Shown one piece after another: positions 1-9,937 of a stretch of DNA of 24,615 nt (the first letter of the stretch is position 1; the number at the start of each line of letters is the position of its first letter). Origin of the DNA: a virus (taxonomy: Duplodnaviria; Caudoviricetes). The DNA is taken from the IMG/VR virus record IMGVR_UViG_3300022183_000069, positions 1-24,615 of that record; one strand, 5' to 3'. A program made the translations under genes and the position numbers. The notes beneath the pieces are model-generated. The model ran no database searches. It had not been told where the DNA came from and worked only from the letters and a program-made list of their open reading frames with translations.

Positions 1-2
1 TT

Positions 3-3000
3 GCTAAGTTTGCAAAAGAAGTTGGTAATAGTGAAGCGACAATAAAAGGTCAGATCAAAGCGTTTGAAGGCTTGCGCGAACAGGCCGCTATGGGCGGCAA
101 GGTTTATCGCGAGCTTGGTGCAAGTATCGGCAATCTTAAGTCAACCCTTAGAGGCTCCACTGATGAGCTAGAGCAGCAAAGGGCTGGATTTGTCAAAACA
201 GGTAATGCTGCCAAGTCTTCTGCTGCTGATATTAAAGCCGTAATTTCGCAACTTGAAGTTTTAAAAGGCAGAGCCAGGCCAGGGTCTTCAGCCTTTGCTC
301 AAATTGCAAAAGATATTGATGCTTTGCAGGGTCGATTAAAGGAAGTCAACATAGAAGTCAAGAAATTTAATGCTGGCTTTGAGACTTCTCAGCGCCCTGC
401 GATGAATCTTGAAAAAATTCAGCGACAGATTGGTCGATTATCCGAGGGGATGAAAACCCTTAATTTTACGAGCAATGAATACCTTCAAACTCAGACGAGA
501 ATTGCTTTGCTTGGCCAAGTCCAGAGTCGCTCCGTGGGGAGGCAGCAAGTAAGGGCAAACGCCGAAATGTTTAGTAGTGCTGCATTTCAAAATTTCGCGC
601 AGGGACCAGCTGGAAAACTTGGCCTGCCAAATACAGCAGCAGCTTTAAATCTTGAGATTTCTGAGCTTCAGGCTCAATTAGCCAATACAACTCCAGGGGA
701 ATCTTATAAAAGAATTACCCAAGAAATAGCTTCAAAGCAGGCAGACCTGAACACAATACTTAACAGTACGGCTGACGCTTACGACAGGGTTGCGGCTGCT
801 CAGTCTGCGTCAACTCGTAGAGCGCAAAAAATCGCAGACCAGCAAGAATATGCGCGTAGTTCAGGTCTTGCCCCTGGGGCTGGAGGCTATCGGGATCCAC
901 AAACCGGCGCAATTATTGCAAGAGGGCGCGGCAGCATTGCGAGCAGAAGAGCTTATAGGCAAAGAGGGCAAGCATTCTTGGATTCGATAAACCAAGAAGC
1001 TCAAAGGTTGCGGCAAACTTTAGCTCTGCCTGCTGCAGGCGGGACAACATCAACTGGTCCTGGTATGGCCAGACGGATAGGTGTTGGGAGGGAAGTGGTT
1101 AGGGGCGCCCCAGCTGTAGACGTGACATCTCCCGCTGTAGGGCTGAGCGAGCCAATCAAAAAGCAAGCCAATGCGCTAAGAAAAGCTGCCACTGCATATA
1201 AGCCATACAACGCAGAGATCAGGAAAGCTAAAGCCGCAAACAATGGGAGTATTTCTGGAATAAATAACCTTAGAGCCGCTTTGGAGAGAAAGCGCAACGA
1301 GCTGCCTACGACTACGGCTGCATTTAAGCGTTTAACCCAGCAGATTGAAAGCCTGGACAGGCAGGCGGAAAAAGCTAGTAAGCGCATGAGCCGCCGCAAA
1401 TTCTCCCCCGGCAAAGCAGCCCAGGTTGCTGGTGCAACGATTTCAGGCGGAATCTTTGGTGGTCCTGAAGGATTTCTTGGTGGCGCAATTGGTGGCGCGG
1501 TTGGTGGTGTTGGCGGGTCTTTTGCTGGTGCTGCACTTGGCGCTCAGGTAGGCCAGCTCAGACAGCAACTTGGTGGGTTTGCTGACTATGCAGCGAGTAT
1601 TACGAGACTGAAGATCGCCCTAGAAGGGATTACGGAGGTGCAAGGCGATGCGATTGCAAGTCAAGGAAACTATGCAAGAGCCGTAGCCGCTGCCGCCAAT
1701 GTCACGAAGGAATTAAATGTTCCACAAGAAGTCGCTATCAAGGGAATCACTCGACTTACTGCAGCAGTAAAAGGCGCTGGTGGCGGTGTTGCTGATGCAG
1801 AGCTTGCTTTTAAAAATATCACTGCTGCTATTACGGCCACTGGCGGTGGGGCAGAACAAGTTGAAGGAGCCGTAACTGCACTCGTACAAATTTTCTCGAA
1901 GGGCAAGGTCAGTGCAGAAGAGATCAACCAGATTGCAGAAAGATTGCCCGGTACGTTCAACAAGATTGCTGAGGCATCAGGCAGGACCGGGCCAGAACTG
2001 ACAAAAGCCTTGCAAAGTGGCGAGGTTGGCCTGAACGACCTGATGAAGTTCTTGGTTCAATTAGGCGGTGAATACGGCGAATTGGCTGAAAAGATCGCGG
2101 GGTCTTCCGAGTCCGCTGGAGCAAGATTAACAGTCGCATATAACAATATGCGGATTGAGATAGGTAAAGCTCTTCAGCCGATTGGTGCTGAGTTTCAAGA
2201 GGCATTTTTGGAATTTATTACTGACATTGGTCCGGGCTTGGTCAAGACAGCCAAGGCTGTTGGGGAAGGTATGCAGTTTATTCTTAGGAATAGAGAGGCA
2301 ATCGGTACGGCAGCTGCACTTGCCGCAAAATTAGTCTTAGTATCCAAGGCAATGAAGTTGATCGCAGGTCTTAAGCTTGCGACTATTGCCTCTTTAGTAG
2401 GAACCGGAACTGCCGCAAAAATTACTGGAGACGTTTCTGGAATTGCAGCAGGCAAGGTTGCCTTGCTGGGTAAAGCATTAGGGAGTCTTGCTGCTATCGG
2501 CATTGTTACTGTTGGCGTTAATTATGTAGTCAACGGCATTGGCTCTGGGAAAAAACAAGAAAATTTGCTGCAAGGTCTTGAGTCAGGCGAGTTTGATAAC
2601 ACTCTTCAGAATCTTCCCTATGATCAAGCTCAAGCTGCTTTGAGAGCAGAAGAGCAAAATCTTACACAGCTTCTAGCGAAAAGAGATAAGCAGCGTCAAG
2701 AGATAAAAGATCTCGGCGGACTCGCCGGTATCCCAGGGATTGGCCCAATGATGGTTGGGGCAAAAAGAGGCAGGCTAAATGAAACTTTACTGGAGATTCA
2801 AAAATCTCAAAGAATTTTAAGCTCAAAGACTGTGGCACCGCCAAAAAGAGAACCTCTAACCGTATATGACGATCCTACCGGCACTGATACCGGCGGCGGC
2901 GGCGGCGGCAAAGGTAGTGCGGATCAAACGCTTTCGCGATTGATTAGCTTGCAGAACGAATACGATTCAATTCTCCGATCAAGCCCATTATTAGAAATTC

Positions 3001-4253
3001 AAAGATTTCAACTTGCTAATTCACTGGCCCTAGTCCGAGCGCAAGAGGATAACAACGCAGAACTCGTAAATACGATAAAAAACAATGAAATAAACCTTGA
3101 TTTTGCGGATCAAGAGCTGCGAATAAGAAATCAATACATAGACGCTATGAATGCTGCGAATAGCATAGAAAATCCACAGGAGAGGCTTTTAAAAGAGAGG
3201 ATTGCAGGGGAAAAGCAAGCTTTTGAGCTTGAGAAGCTTGTAATTTCAGCCAATGGCCGTAAACTTGATCTTACGCAAGAAACTGCTATAGCTGCAGAAA
3301 GAATTGCCAAAGCTTCTGAAGACGAGCTTTTCAACCTACGCGATCAGCTTGGGCTGGTCGGCAAGCAGGAAAGGATAGATAGATTTAGGCAGTCAAGGAT
3401 AGACGCAGGAGATCCAAATGCTGAACAGCAGACTGACTTATTCCGCCAAACAATAGATCCCACGTTGACGGAAGGTTTAGGCCAAAACATTCGCAGTTTG
3501 AAAAAAGAGCTGGAAGATCTAGTAAATCCAATCAATCAAATCACTGGCGCAGCAAACGCTATTGGCGGGGCATTTTCGCAGTCGTTTACGGATGCAATCA
3601 GTGGATCAAAAAGCGCAAAAGAAGCATTGGCTGATTTCTTCAAGAGTGTTGGCAGTTATTTCTTGGATATGGCTGGTCAGATTATTGCAAAGATGGTGAC
3701 AATGGCGATTCTGAATGCTGTTGTCGGGTTGCTGCCTGGTGGCCCCCCTGGTGGCATCGGGTTTAATCCCAGCGCACCAAGCATTACAGGCAACTCCCTC
3801 GGAGACTTTGGCGGCGGAAGTTTCGGTGGTTTCATGGCAAACGGCGGCCCAGTAAGTGCAAACACGCCCTACATCGTGGGAGAGCGCGGCCCAGAGTTGA
3901 TGATTCCATCCAGCAGCGGCATGGTGCTGTCTAACAGCGAAACCCGTCAGCAGCTAACGCAACAAGGTTCTGCAATGCGTAGCACCGAGGCTACCCGTCA
4001 GCAGCTGAACACGCAGCGAAACACAATGATCACCAACAGCACCCGCGAAACAGAACGCATGACCGAAATGATGCTGTCAAATCCAGATCCAATTGATGTG
4101 AGGTATGAATCAACGGTAATCAATAATGTTGAATACGTTACGGCAGAACAGCATCGTCAGGGCATGGCGCAGGCTGCTGAACGCGGCAGATCACTAACAC
4201 TCTCCGCTTTGCAAGGTAGTGTTAAAACAAGAAAGAAAGTAGGACTTAGCTAA
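3..4253 (+). CDS. Tail tape measure protein (5'-truncated by the window edge)
   Basis: The frame is open from nt 3 (AKFAKEVGNSEATIKGQIKAFEGLREQ...), so the TTG at 72 is not the true start. Ala/Gly-rich coiled coil, tape-measure motif ALVQIFSKGKVSAEEINQIAERLPG, lambda-H-like C-terminal ANGGPVSANTPYIVGERGPELMIP. TAATG coupling to the next gene. Confidence 0.93.
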   Translation, partial: AKFAKEVGNSEATIKGQIKAFEGLREQAAMGGKVYRELGASIGNLKSTLRGSTDELEQQRAGFVKTGNAAKSSAADIKAVISQLEVLKGRARPGSSAFAQIAKDIDALQGRLKEVNIEVKKFNAGFETSQRPAMNLEKIQRQIGRLSEGMKTLNFTSNEYLQTQTRIALLGQVQSRSVGRQQVRANAEMFSSAAFQNFAQGPAGKLGLPNTAAALNLEISELQAQLANTTPGESYKRITQEIASKQADLNTILNSTADAYDRVAAAQSASTRRAQKIADQQEYARSSGLAPGAGGYRDPQTGAIIARGRGSIASRRAYRQRGQAFLDSINQEAQRLRQTLALPAAGGTTSTGPGMARRIGVGREVVRGAPAVDVTSPAVGLSEPIKKQANALRKAATAYKPYNAEIRKAKAANNGSISGINNLRAALERKRNELPTTTAAFKRLTQQIESLDRQAEKASKRMSRRKFSPGKAAQVAGATISGGIFGGPEGFLGGAIGGAVGGVGGSFAGAALGAQVGQLRQQLGGFADYAASITRLKIALEGITEVQGDAIASQGNYARAVAAAANVTKELNVPQEVAIKGITRLTAAVKGAGGGVADAELAFKNITAAITATGGGAEQVEGAVTALVQIFSKGKVSAEEINQIAERLPGTFNKIAEASGRTGPELTKALQSGEVGLNDLMKFLVQLGGEYGELAEKIAGSSESAGARLTVAYNNMRIEIGKALQPIGAEFQEAFLEFITDIGPGLVKTAKAVGEGMQFILRNREAIGTAAALAAKLVLVSKAMKLIAGLKLATIASLVGTGTAAKITGDVSGIAAGKVALLGKALGSLAAIGIVTVGVNYVVNGIGSGKKQENLLQGLESGEFDNTLQNLPYDQAQAALRAEEQNLTQLLAKRDKQRQEIKDLGGLAGIPGIGPMMVGAKRGRLNETLLEIQKSQRILSSKTVAPPKREPLTVYDDPTGTDTGGGGGGKGSADQTLSRLISLQNEYDSILRSSPLLEIQRFQLANSLALVRAQEDNNAELVNTIKNNEINLDFADQELRIRNQYIDAMNAANSIENPQERLLKERIAGEKQAFELEKLVISANGRKLDLTQETAIAAERIAKASEDELFNLRDQLGLVGKQERIDRFRQSRIDAGDPNAEQQTDLFRQTIDPTLTEGLGQNIRSLKKELEDLVNPINQITGAANAIGGAFSQSFTDAISGSKSAKEALADFFKSVGSYFLDMAGQIIAKMVTMAILNAVVGLLPGGPPGGIGFNPSAPSITGNSLGDFGGGSFGGFMANGGPVSANTPYIVGERGPELMIPSSSGMVLSNSETRQQLTQQGSAMRSTEATRQQLNTQRNTMITNSTRETERMTEMMLSNPDPIDVRYESTVINNVEYVTAEQHRQGMAQAAERGRSLTLSALQGSVKTRKKVGLS
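2892..2909 (+). repeat. (GGC)6 microsatellite encoding a poly-Gly linker in the tape measure protein
   Basis: ggcggcggcggcggcggc read directly; protein DTGGGGGGKG. Confidence 0.9.
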
Positions 4254-4726
4254 TGAGCGCATTTGCCTTCGTCAACTATGCACGGTTTATGCAGGACTCG
4301 TCCACACCAACCGTTTACGCCTATCAAAATTTTTCAGTCAATTTAACAAGAACGTACAGCGGAGTCACATATAGCTTTCTGCCCTTTGCTGTTTCAACTG
4401 GCGCAGGTAGTAAAGGTGGCGACCGCTCCGAAGCAGTGTTAGGCGCTGCGACTAACGAGATCAGCGTGAACATTTTTGCCGAGGCCGTTCAAAGCCGCTG
4501 GCTGTTGGATTTAAAAACTGTCAGCCTCGATGTGACGAACTTTAGTGATGTTGCACTGATTCGATCTGAGTTATGGCGTGTCGCTAGTTACGACATGGAT
4601 ACAGAGAAGGTGCTGTTGAAACTAACTTCACCGCTGGATGCTGTTGCGTCAGACGTTCCAAGGCGTGTCTTGAATACAAAAATCGTTGGGGCGTTACCAA
4701 CGTCTGGTTCATTGGTGGTTAGCTGA
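4253..4726 (+). CDS. Minor tail protein (gpL/DUF1833-like tail tip hub component)
   Basis: 157 aa directly after the TMP, TAATG/TGATG coupled. Pattern 'TYSGVTYSFLPF ... LKLTSPLDAV...VPRRVL' resembles siphovirus L-like proteins. Confidence 0.6.
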   Translation: MSAFAFVNYARFMQDSSTPTVYAYQNFSVNLTRTYSGVTYSFLPFAVSTGAGSKGGDRSEAVLGAATNEISVNIFAEAVQSRWLLDLKTVSLDVTNFSDVALIRSELWRVASYDMDTEKVLLKLTSPLDAVASDVPRRVLNTKIVGALPTSGSLVVS

Positions 4727-5103
4727 TGATTGACTGGAAGCCTTGGATTGGTTTGCCTCATGTCTTTGGTGAGCATCCAAAGAATGGTCGGGGTGCTGAT
4801 TGCGTAGTAATGGTCTGGGCGATATTAGATTCTGTTGGTGTTTACCACCCGCCATTTGATTACAAATGGATGGAATTAGCAGCTGCTGGTGGATGGGAAG
4901 AATTGCAGGCGCTATGGGACGAAGCAACGGAGGTATTGCCAGAAATAGAAGAACATGCAGTTTGCATGTTTGAAAATGGTGCAAGCGGTCTTGGCGTCGG
5001 TATCGTAGTAGAGAACGGGGTTTTAGTTGTCCATCACAAGCGTGGCGTGTGCTGGTTACCACCGCGAGCCATGCGAGAATCCCAGTATCGTCGATTTGTG
5101 TAA
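4726..5103 (+). CDS. NlpC/P60-fold tail assembly protein (gpK-like)
   Basis: WIGLPHVFG...GADCVVMV motif with the catalytic-position Cys; lies between the L-like and J-like genes. Confidence 0.75.
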   Translation: MIDWKPWIGLPHVFGEHPKNGRGADCVVMVWAILDSVGVYHPPFDYKWMELAAAGGWEELQALWDEATEVLPEIEEHAVCMFENGASGLGVGIVVENGVLVVHHKRGVCWLPPRAMRESQYRRFV

Positions 5104-8100
5104 TGAGCAGCTTACTTCCATCCGATAAGTATCTTGCCTCAATGCTGGGGTTGACGGATGAGGAGTATTCTTGGTTTAAGGCTGAGGTACGAAAGCGCAG
5201 TGCAGAAGCTCCTGAGCCTGCCGTAGTTGCGGGGCTTGAAACTGCTGCAATTATTGCAATCGCCAATTTAGTGATTGGCGTTGGCCTCACTGTTGTTTCG
5301 ACGCTGCTAAGACCAAAGCCATCATTTGATCAAAACGAACCAGGCAGACCGCCCGAATTAAGGGCGACAAGTAGCGGCGGCCAAACAACAACACAAAACC
5401 AACGCTTTGCACCAAGATACGGCTTCAATTCAACGCAAGAGATCTCAACTTTAGGATCAGTTATACCGCTTGTTTATACAAATAAAGAAACGATTGCATC
5501 TATTGTGTATGGTGGCGTTCGAGTTAATACGCAGCTGCTCTGGTCGCAGATCTATAGCCTTGGCGGATCGCAGATGCTCAGGGCAATCTTTCTGGTTGGT
5601 GAGGGGCCAATAGCCGCTATTGAGCCTAGTAATTTTGCGTCTGGTGGCAATACTTTAACTAGCTACGACTTCGGCAATACAACTGCCAACCAAATTGGTT
5701 CGAGGATGGCAGTATACGCAAGATATGCAAGTGGTCTTACAACACGTATTGCACCAGGAGATCACGTTTACGGGCGTAGTGCAAGCGAAGACGTAGGAAA
5801 TAGCAGCAACTTAGCCGGTTCAGAAGTGTTTGGTGTTCGTGTCGGAAATAATGTAACTCAGGATTTTTGCGCGAGTCATAAGCCAGCTAACCAAACAACG
5901 TTTGGTGTGTACGCATTTTGTGGCAATGATTTTGGGATGCGTCCTAACCCGACGTTTGAACCGCAGGTACGGGCACAGCTGCTACCTGAAGGCGACGAGG
6001 GAAAGACTGAAGTTAAATGCGTATTAGACGAGGCAAAATATGCAAGCCGCAAAAAGGCTCAAGCATTTTATGGATCGCGCAGCGGGATCACGTCTTCAGG
6101 GCTGGGAGCTATCGGTGGAACGACCACTTATAAGCTTTTTTCTTCAAGTGACAAGGACACTACTTTTGGTCGTGACATTGAAGATCTTACAAATACAGGT
6201 TCATGGGTAATTGAAAAAGAGCTAATTACCCCAGAAACTCCAGCGGGTTATGTAAAGCAATTCGACACAGGATCGGGCTCCAACAAAAAAGCTGTTTCTC
6301 GTTTCAAAAGCAGCAACATTGAAAATTTAGCTCAAAGCCTTCTTAACAGGCTGACCGTAAGTATCACTACAGTAGTTGTAGGCAATAGCGTCAACGTTAC
6401 GTGGGGAGGAACTACCGTAATTGACAGCACAAACGTAGCGGGATCAAATAAGGCATATATTGCCGTGAATATTTCTTTTAACAGCAGCGGTCTTGATAGC
6501 GTCAGCAACAACAACGCAGTTGACACAGAGCTTGAATTACTCAAGGCAAGTAAGTTTAAGCTTAGATTTAAAAATGATCTTACCGCTGACGATCCCGAAG
6601 ATGATATAAAAGTAGTTCAGTTTCACAAAATCCTTGTAGAAGACGACACCCAGCAAGAAATTGGGCTTACAGCTCCTTCGTATTCAGGGCCTTCTCTTTT
6701 TACAAGCACGGCAGATATTGACGGGACAACTGTGCTAACCAGTGCGTCGATGAGCAGCGGCTCTGTTACGTTTTCAGAACTTGACGTTACGACAACTCAA
6801 CAATACCCAACGTTTAGATTTGATCGTAGTACTACGAGTTGGCAGGGTCCAGGGACGACTAGCAACTCATTCACTTTTGTAAGTTGGTTTTCTATTAAAG
6901 ACGCATACTCCGAGAATTGCAAGGACATTGCATCTGTCGTCGCAGGCCGTCAACAAAGCTGGGATGATTCTATTGTTGTAGGAGAGTTGTATAAAATTGG
7001 TACTGGATTGGCAATTTGTACGAACAGAACCAATGGACCATTTAAGTCTGAAGTTGACGGATCGACACTAACTGTTGAGGCAACATTCAAAACAGTTCGT
7101 ACCGGAGTCGTTACCACAAATAGTCAATCACAAATAGAAAAAGACGGCGACACATGGCTTAACCAGTCGCTTGCTGGTAGTAGTCCTGAGCCTCGTAATG
7201 TCGCAACAACTGATGGCCATATTATGCGTTGTGCTATTGCAAGCGTATCAACAACAAGGCCGTGTAAAACAGTTGAGTTTGGCATCAGATCTACCTTAGG
7301 CACACGCATTAACGGGCTAACTAATTTTGACACTACCAAAGGTTACAATGAGTGCGATAACCGTGCGTGTTTGGATTACAAAGGAAATATTTTAAACGAA
7401 GGCACGGCTTTATACACTGACATACATTCTTCAAACCTTGTCTCAACGACTGTTGAACGGTATAGCTTTTTCTATATCAGTTATCGAGCCGCTGCAACTT
7501 CTGGAGCATTCACACGACTAAGTAATGCATACGGGATCCGGGGCGCAACGTCACAGCAAATATTCAATTACATTCAGCTTGAAATGCCCAGTGTAAAGCA
7601 ATGGGAGTATCAGATCGAGCCGCTTACGGGATACGAAGTTCGCAATCATGTGACAGGCAGTTTATACGTCTTAGACGCAAGTTACATATTTGGAACTACC
7701 CAACTGGTTTCGGAAACAGGTGGCATTAGCGTGCTATTCACAGGCGTACAAGTCACAAAGAGCGCAGATACGTTTGCAATCAGTATTGGCCGCAGACCAT
7801 CCGCTGAAGGGCAATTAAACTACCCACAAACAGATGCAGATTTCAGCAACGGCGATACTTCGTTAATAGACACTTGGGGTAAATTGGCTGAAAGTTTTGT
7901 GTATGAAGAAATTTCATCTTCTGCCGAGAAAGGGCCAGAACATGAAATTGTTTACATTAATGAGATAGTACCAAACTCTACTCAAGCAAATTACGACAAC
8001 CTCGCATTAGTAGGCGTCAACATAAATTCGTCAGTGGAATGGCAACAATTCAGCCAATTTAGTTGTTATGTGACTGGCGGTAAAACCTGCCGTCAACTGC

Positions 8101-9131
8101 GGAGCAGCTTGGCCGTAGGTGCAACGCATTTACTCCCAGACATTGTGTTGGACTTAATGACCAACAGCACCTACGGGAGAGGCGATTTAATTACTGACGA
8201 CATGGTGAACTTCACTGAGTTCACAGCTGCAGCCACTTGGTGCTATGAACGCAAATATTTCTTTGATGGCGTAATAGCTGATAAAATCAACATCCGTCAA
8301 TGGTGCGCTGATGTTGCTGCAACGCATCTATTGATATTTGGCGAGTCTGACGGCAAATTCTTCTTGCGTCCAGCTCTGCAGTTTGATGCTGTGGCAATCA
8401 CGGGCCTTTTTACTGCAGGCAATATCGTCGAAAATAGCTTCAAGCTTCAATATTTTGATCCTGAGGAACGTGACCCGATCCAGGTTTCGGTTCGTTATCG
8501 CGAAGAGCGGGCAAGCACAAATCTGGACAACCCTGGCATGTTCCCAACCGTTCGCGAAGTGTTGGTGCGTGAATCATCCGCCAGCTCCAGTGTCGCGCTA
8601 GAAACCATCGATATGTCTGACTACTGCACGAATCGCGACCATGCGATCGATGCGGCCAAGTTCATTATCCGTATGCGGCGCATCCCAACTCATACTGTTT
8701 CGTTTACCACGACTCATGAAGGCGTTTTGATGGCAATGGCGCCGGGCGATTACATCAAAGTGGGCATGGACGCTACTGAGTACGATGAGTTCAATAATGG
8801 CGTTGTAACGCCTGAGGGTGCATTAGTCAGTACAAAATCATTAACTGATGGTTCTTATACCGTAATTGCTTGGAACGGTGACGCCGATACAGCACCAGCT
8901 GACACCACGCTGGTTGTTAGCAACAGCGGCACAACAGCAACGCCTGTAGGAGTTGTGTTTACGGTTAAGCTTCCCAGCACACAAGTTCGCACTTATCAGA
9001 TTGAGCGCATAACTCCAACTGAAGAAGGCACGTTTACAATTGAAGCAGTACACATGCCAACTAACAGCTCAGACATTCTGGAGCTAGCAGATGGTTTCGA
9101 TACCGCTGGTAACTGGAGCATTCAAGACTGA
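5103..9131 (+). CDS. Tail tip / host-specificity protein (gpI+gpJ-like), about 1342 aa
   Basis: Start reassigned to ATG 5103 (TAATG overlap with the K-like stop). N-terminal hydrophobic stretch followed by 'GSVIPLVY'; C-terminal 'RKYFFDGVI...GESDGKF...LFTAGNI...APGDYIKV...YQIERIT' typical of J-like tip proteins. Confidence 0.8.
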   Translation: MSSLLPSDKYLASMLGLTDEEYSWFKAEVRKRSAEAPEPAVVAGLETAAIIAIANLVIGVGLTVVSTLLRPKPSFDQNEPGRPPELRATSSGGQTTTQNQRFAPRYGFNSTQEISTLGSVIPLVYTNKETIASIVYGGVRVNTQLLWSQIYSLGGSQMLRAIFLVGEGPIAAIEPSNFASGGNTLTSYDFGNTTANQIGSRMAVYARYASGLTTRIAPGDHVYGRSASEDVGNSSNLAGSEVFGVRVGNNVTQDFCASHKPANQTTFGVYAFCGNDFGMRPNPTFEPQVRAQLLPEGDEGKTEVKCVLDEAKYASRKKAQAFYGSRSGITSSGLGAIGGTTTYKLFSSSDKDTTFGRDIEDLTNTGSWVIEKELITPETPAGYVKQFDTGSGSNKKAVSRFKSSNIENLAQSLLNRLTVSITTVVVGNSVNVTWGGTTVIDSTNVAGSNKAYIAVNISFNSSGLDSVSNNNAVDTELELLKASKFKLRFKNDLTADDPEDDIKVVQFHKILVEDDTQQEIGLTAPSYSGPSLFTSTADIDGTTVLTSASMSSGSVTFSELDVTTTQQYPTFRFDRSTTSWQGPGTTSNSFTFVSWFSIKDAYSENCKDIASVVAGRQQSWDDSIVVGELYKIGTGLAICTNRTNGPFKSEVDGSTLTVEATFKTVRTGVVTTNSQSQIEKDGDTWLNQSLAGSSPEPRNVATTDGHIMRCAIASVSTTRPCKTVEFGIRSTLGTRINGLTNFDTTKGYNECDNRACLDYKGNILNEGTALYTDIHSSNLVSTTVERYSFFYISYRAAATSGAFTRLSNAYGIRGATSQQIFNYIQLEMPSVKQWEYQIEPLTGYEVRNHVTGSLYVLDASYIFGTTQLVSETGGISVLFTGVQVTKSADTFAISIGRRPSAEGQLNYPQTDADFSNGDTSLIDTWGKLAESFVYEEISSSAEKGPEHEIVYINEIVPNSTQANYDNLALVGVNINSSVEWQQFSQFSCYVTGGKTCRQLRSSLAVGATHLLPDIVLDLMTNSTYGRGDLITDDMVNFTEFTAAATWCYERKYFFDGVIADKINIRQWCADVAATHLLIFGESDGKFFLRPALQFDAVAITGLFTAGNIVENSFKLQYFDPEERDPIQVSVRYREERASTNLDNPGMFPTVREVLVRESSASSSVALETIDMSDYCTNRDHAIDAAKFIIRMRRIPTHTVSFTTTHEGVLMAMAPGDYIKVGMDATEYDEFNNGVVTPEGALVSTKSLTDGSYTVIAWNGDADTAPADTTLVVSNSGTTATPVGVVFTVKLPSTQVRTYQIERITPTEEGTFTIEAVHMPTNSSDILELADGFDTAGNWSIQD

Positions 9132-9538
9132 TGGCGACAACATTTCCCAGCATTGCACCAACAAGACGCAGCTTTGTTGCGCCAACATGGCCGACCAAGA
9201 CACAGATGTCACAATCTGGTGTAATCACTCGTAGGTTGTGGGGCAGCAGGCCCAGCCAGGCAAAACTCAACCTGACATTTGGGAACGTCAACGACACCAA
9301 CACAGCGGCAATCCTTAGCGCATACAACGCAGCAAAAGGTTCAGTCGATAGCCTGACATTACCGGCGCAGATATTTGCTGGAGCAGATGCAACATTGCAA
9401 AGCTGGCTGAATGCCTCGGCTACAGGGGCCGGTTTGCTGTGGTCTTTTAGCGAAGGCACCTCGCCACAAGTTGAAAGCGTTGCTCCTGGTCGTTCCAATG
9501 TGGCTGTTGAATTGACAGCAGAGCTTAGAATGAGCTAA
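9131..9538 (+). CDS. Minor tail protein (gpM/Dit-like)
   Basis: 135 aa, TGATG coupled. 'FPSIAPTRRSF...SQSGVITRRL...LNLTFGNV...ILSAYNAAKG' matches the distal tail protein pattern. Confidence 0.6.
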   Translation: MATTFPSIAPTRRSFVAPTWPTKTQMSQSGVITRRLWGSRPSQAKLNLTFGNVNDTNTAAILSAYNAAKGSVDSLTLPAQIFAGADATLQSWLNASATGAGLLWSFSEGTSPQVESVAPGRSNVAVELTAELRMS

Positions 9539-9550
9539 AAGGAGTACAAA

Positions 9551-9937
9551 ATGGCAGTCACCAGCACAACAGGCAACTTTGCGATCACCGGGCTCGACTC
9601 GACGGTTGTGGTTCGTGACGCAAGCATTGATATTTCACGCGACACACTGGAGACCACAAACTTAGGTGAATCAAGCAGAGCGTATGTGACGGGGTTGCGT
9701 GGCGCGTCAGGTAGTGCAACTTTGCTTTATGAAAACAGTCTGCTTGATGATGTCTACGCCAAAATCAATACCGATTCGCAAAGTAGTATTACCGCAACAC
9801 TGACGCTGACCACAGGCAAGACGATTTCAGGCAGTGTGTTGATTACCAGTGTTGGTTCAACCGTGACTGTAGGTGACGTTACAAGCACAAATGTTGCATT
9901 TACGTTTACTGGTGGCCTGACCATCTCCTCGACGTAA
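9551..9937 (+). CDS. Tail-tube-fold protein
   Basis: Strong SD AAAGGAG upstream. 'SIDISRDTLETTNLGESSRAYVTGLRGASGSATL...ITSVGSTVTVGDV...FTFTG' is the tail tube signature. Confidence 0.7.
   Translation: MAVTSTTGNFAITGLDSTVVVRDASIDISRDTLETTNLGESSRAYVTGLRGASGSATLLYENSLLDDVYAKINTDSQSSITATLTLTTGKTISGSVLITSVGSTVTVGDVTSTNVAFTFTGGLTISST

Noticed and set aside
3942-4006. 14-bp direct repeat acccgtcagcagct in the TMP 3' end
   Set aside because: Explained by a local 17-aa duplication (TRQQL twice), which is ordinary for tape measure proteins.
5049-5102. Track start of the J-like gene at 5049 (also the extended starts at 17399, 21108, 22133 and 22846)
   Set aside because: Downstream ATGs with stop-start coupling, an SD or no overlap with the previous gene fit better.
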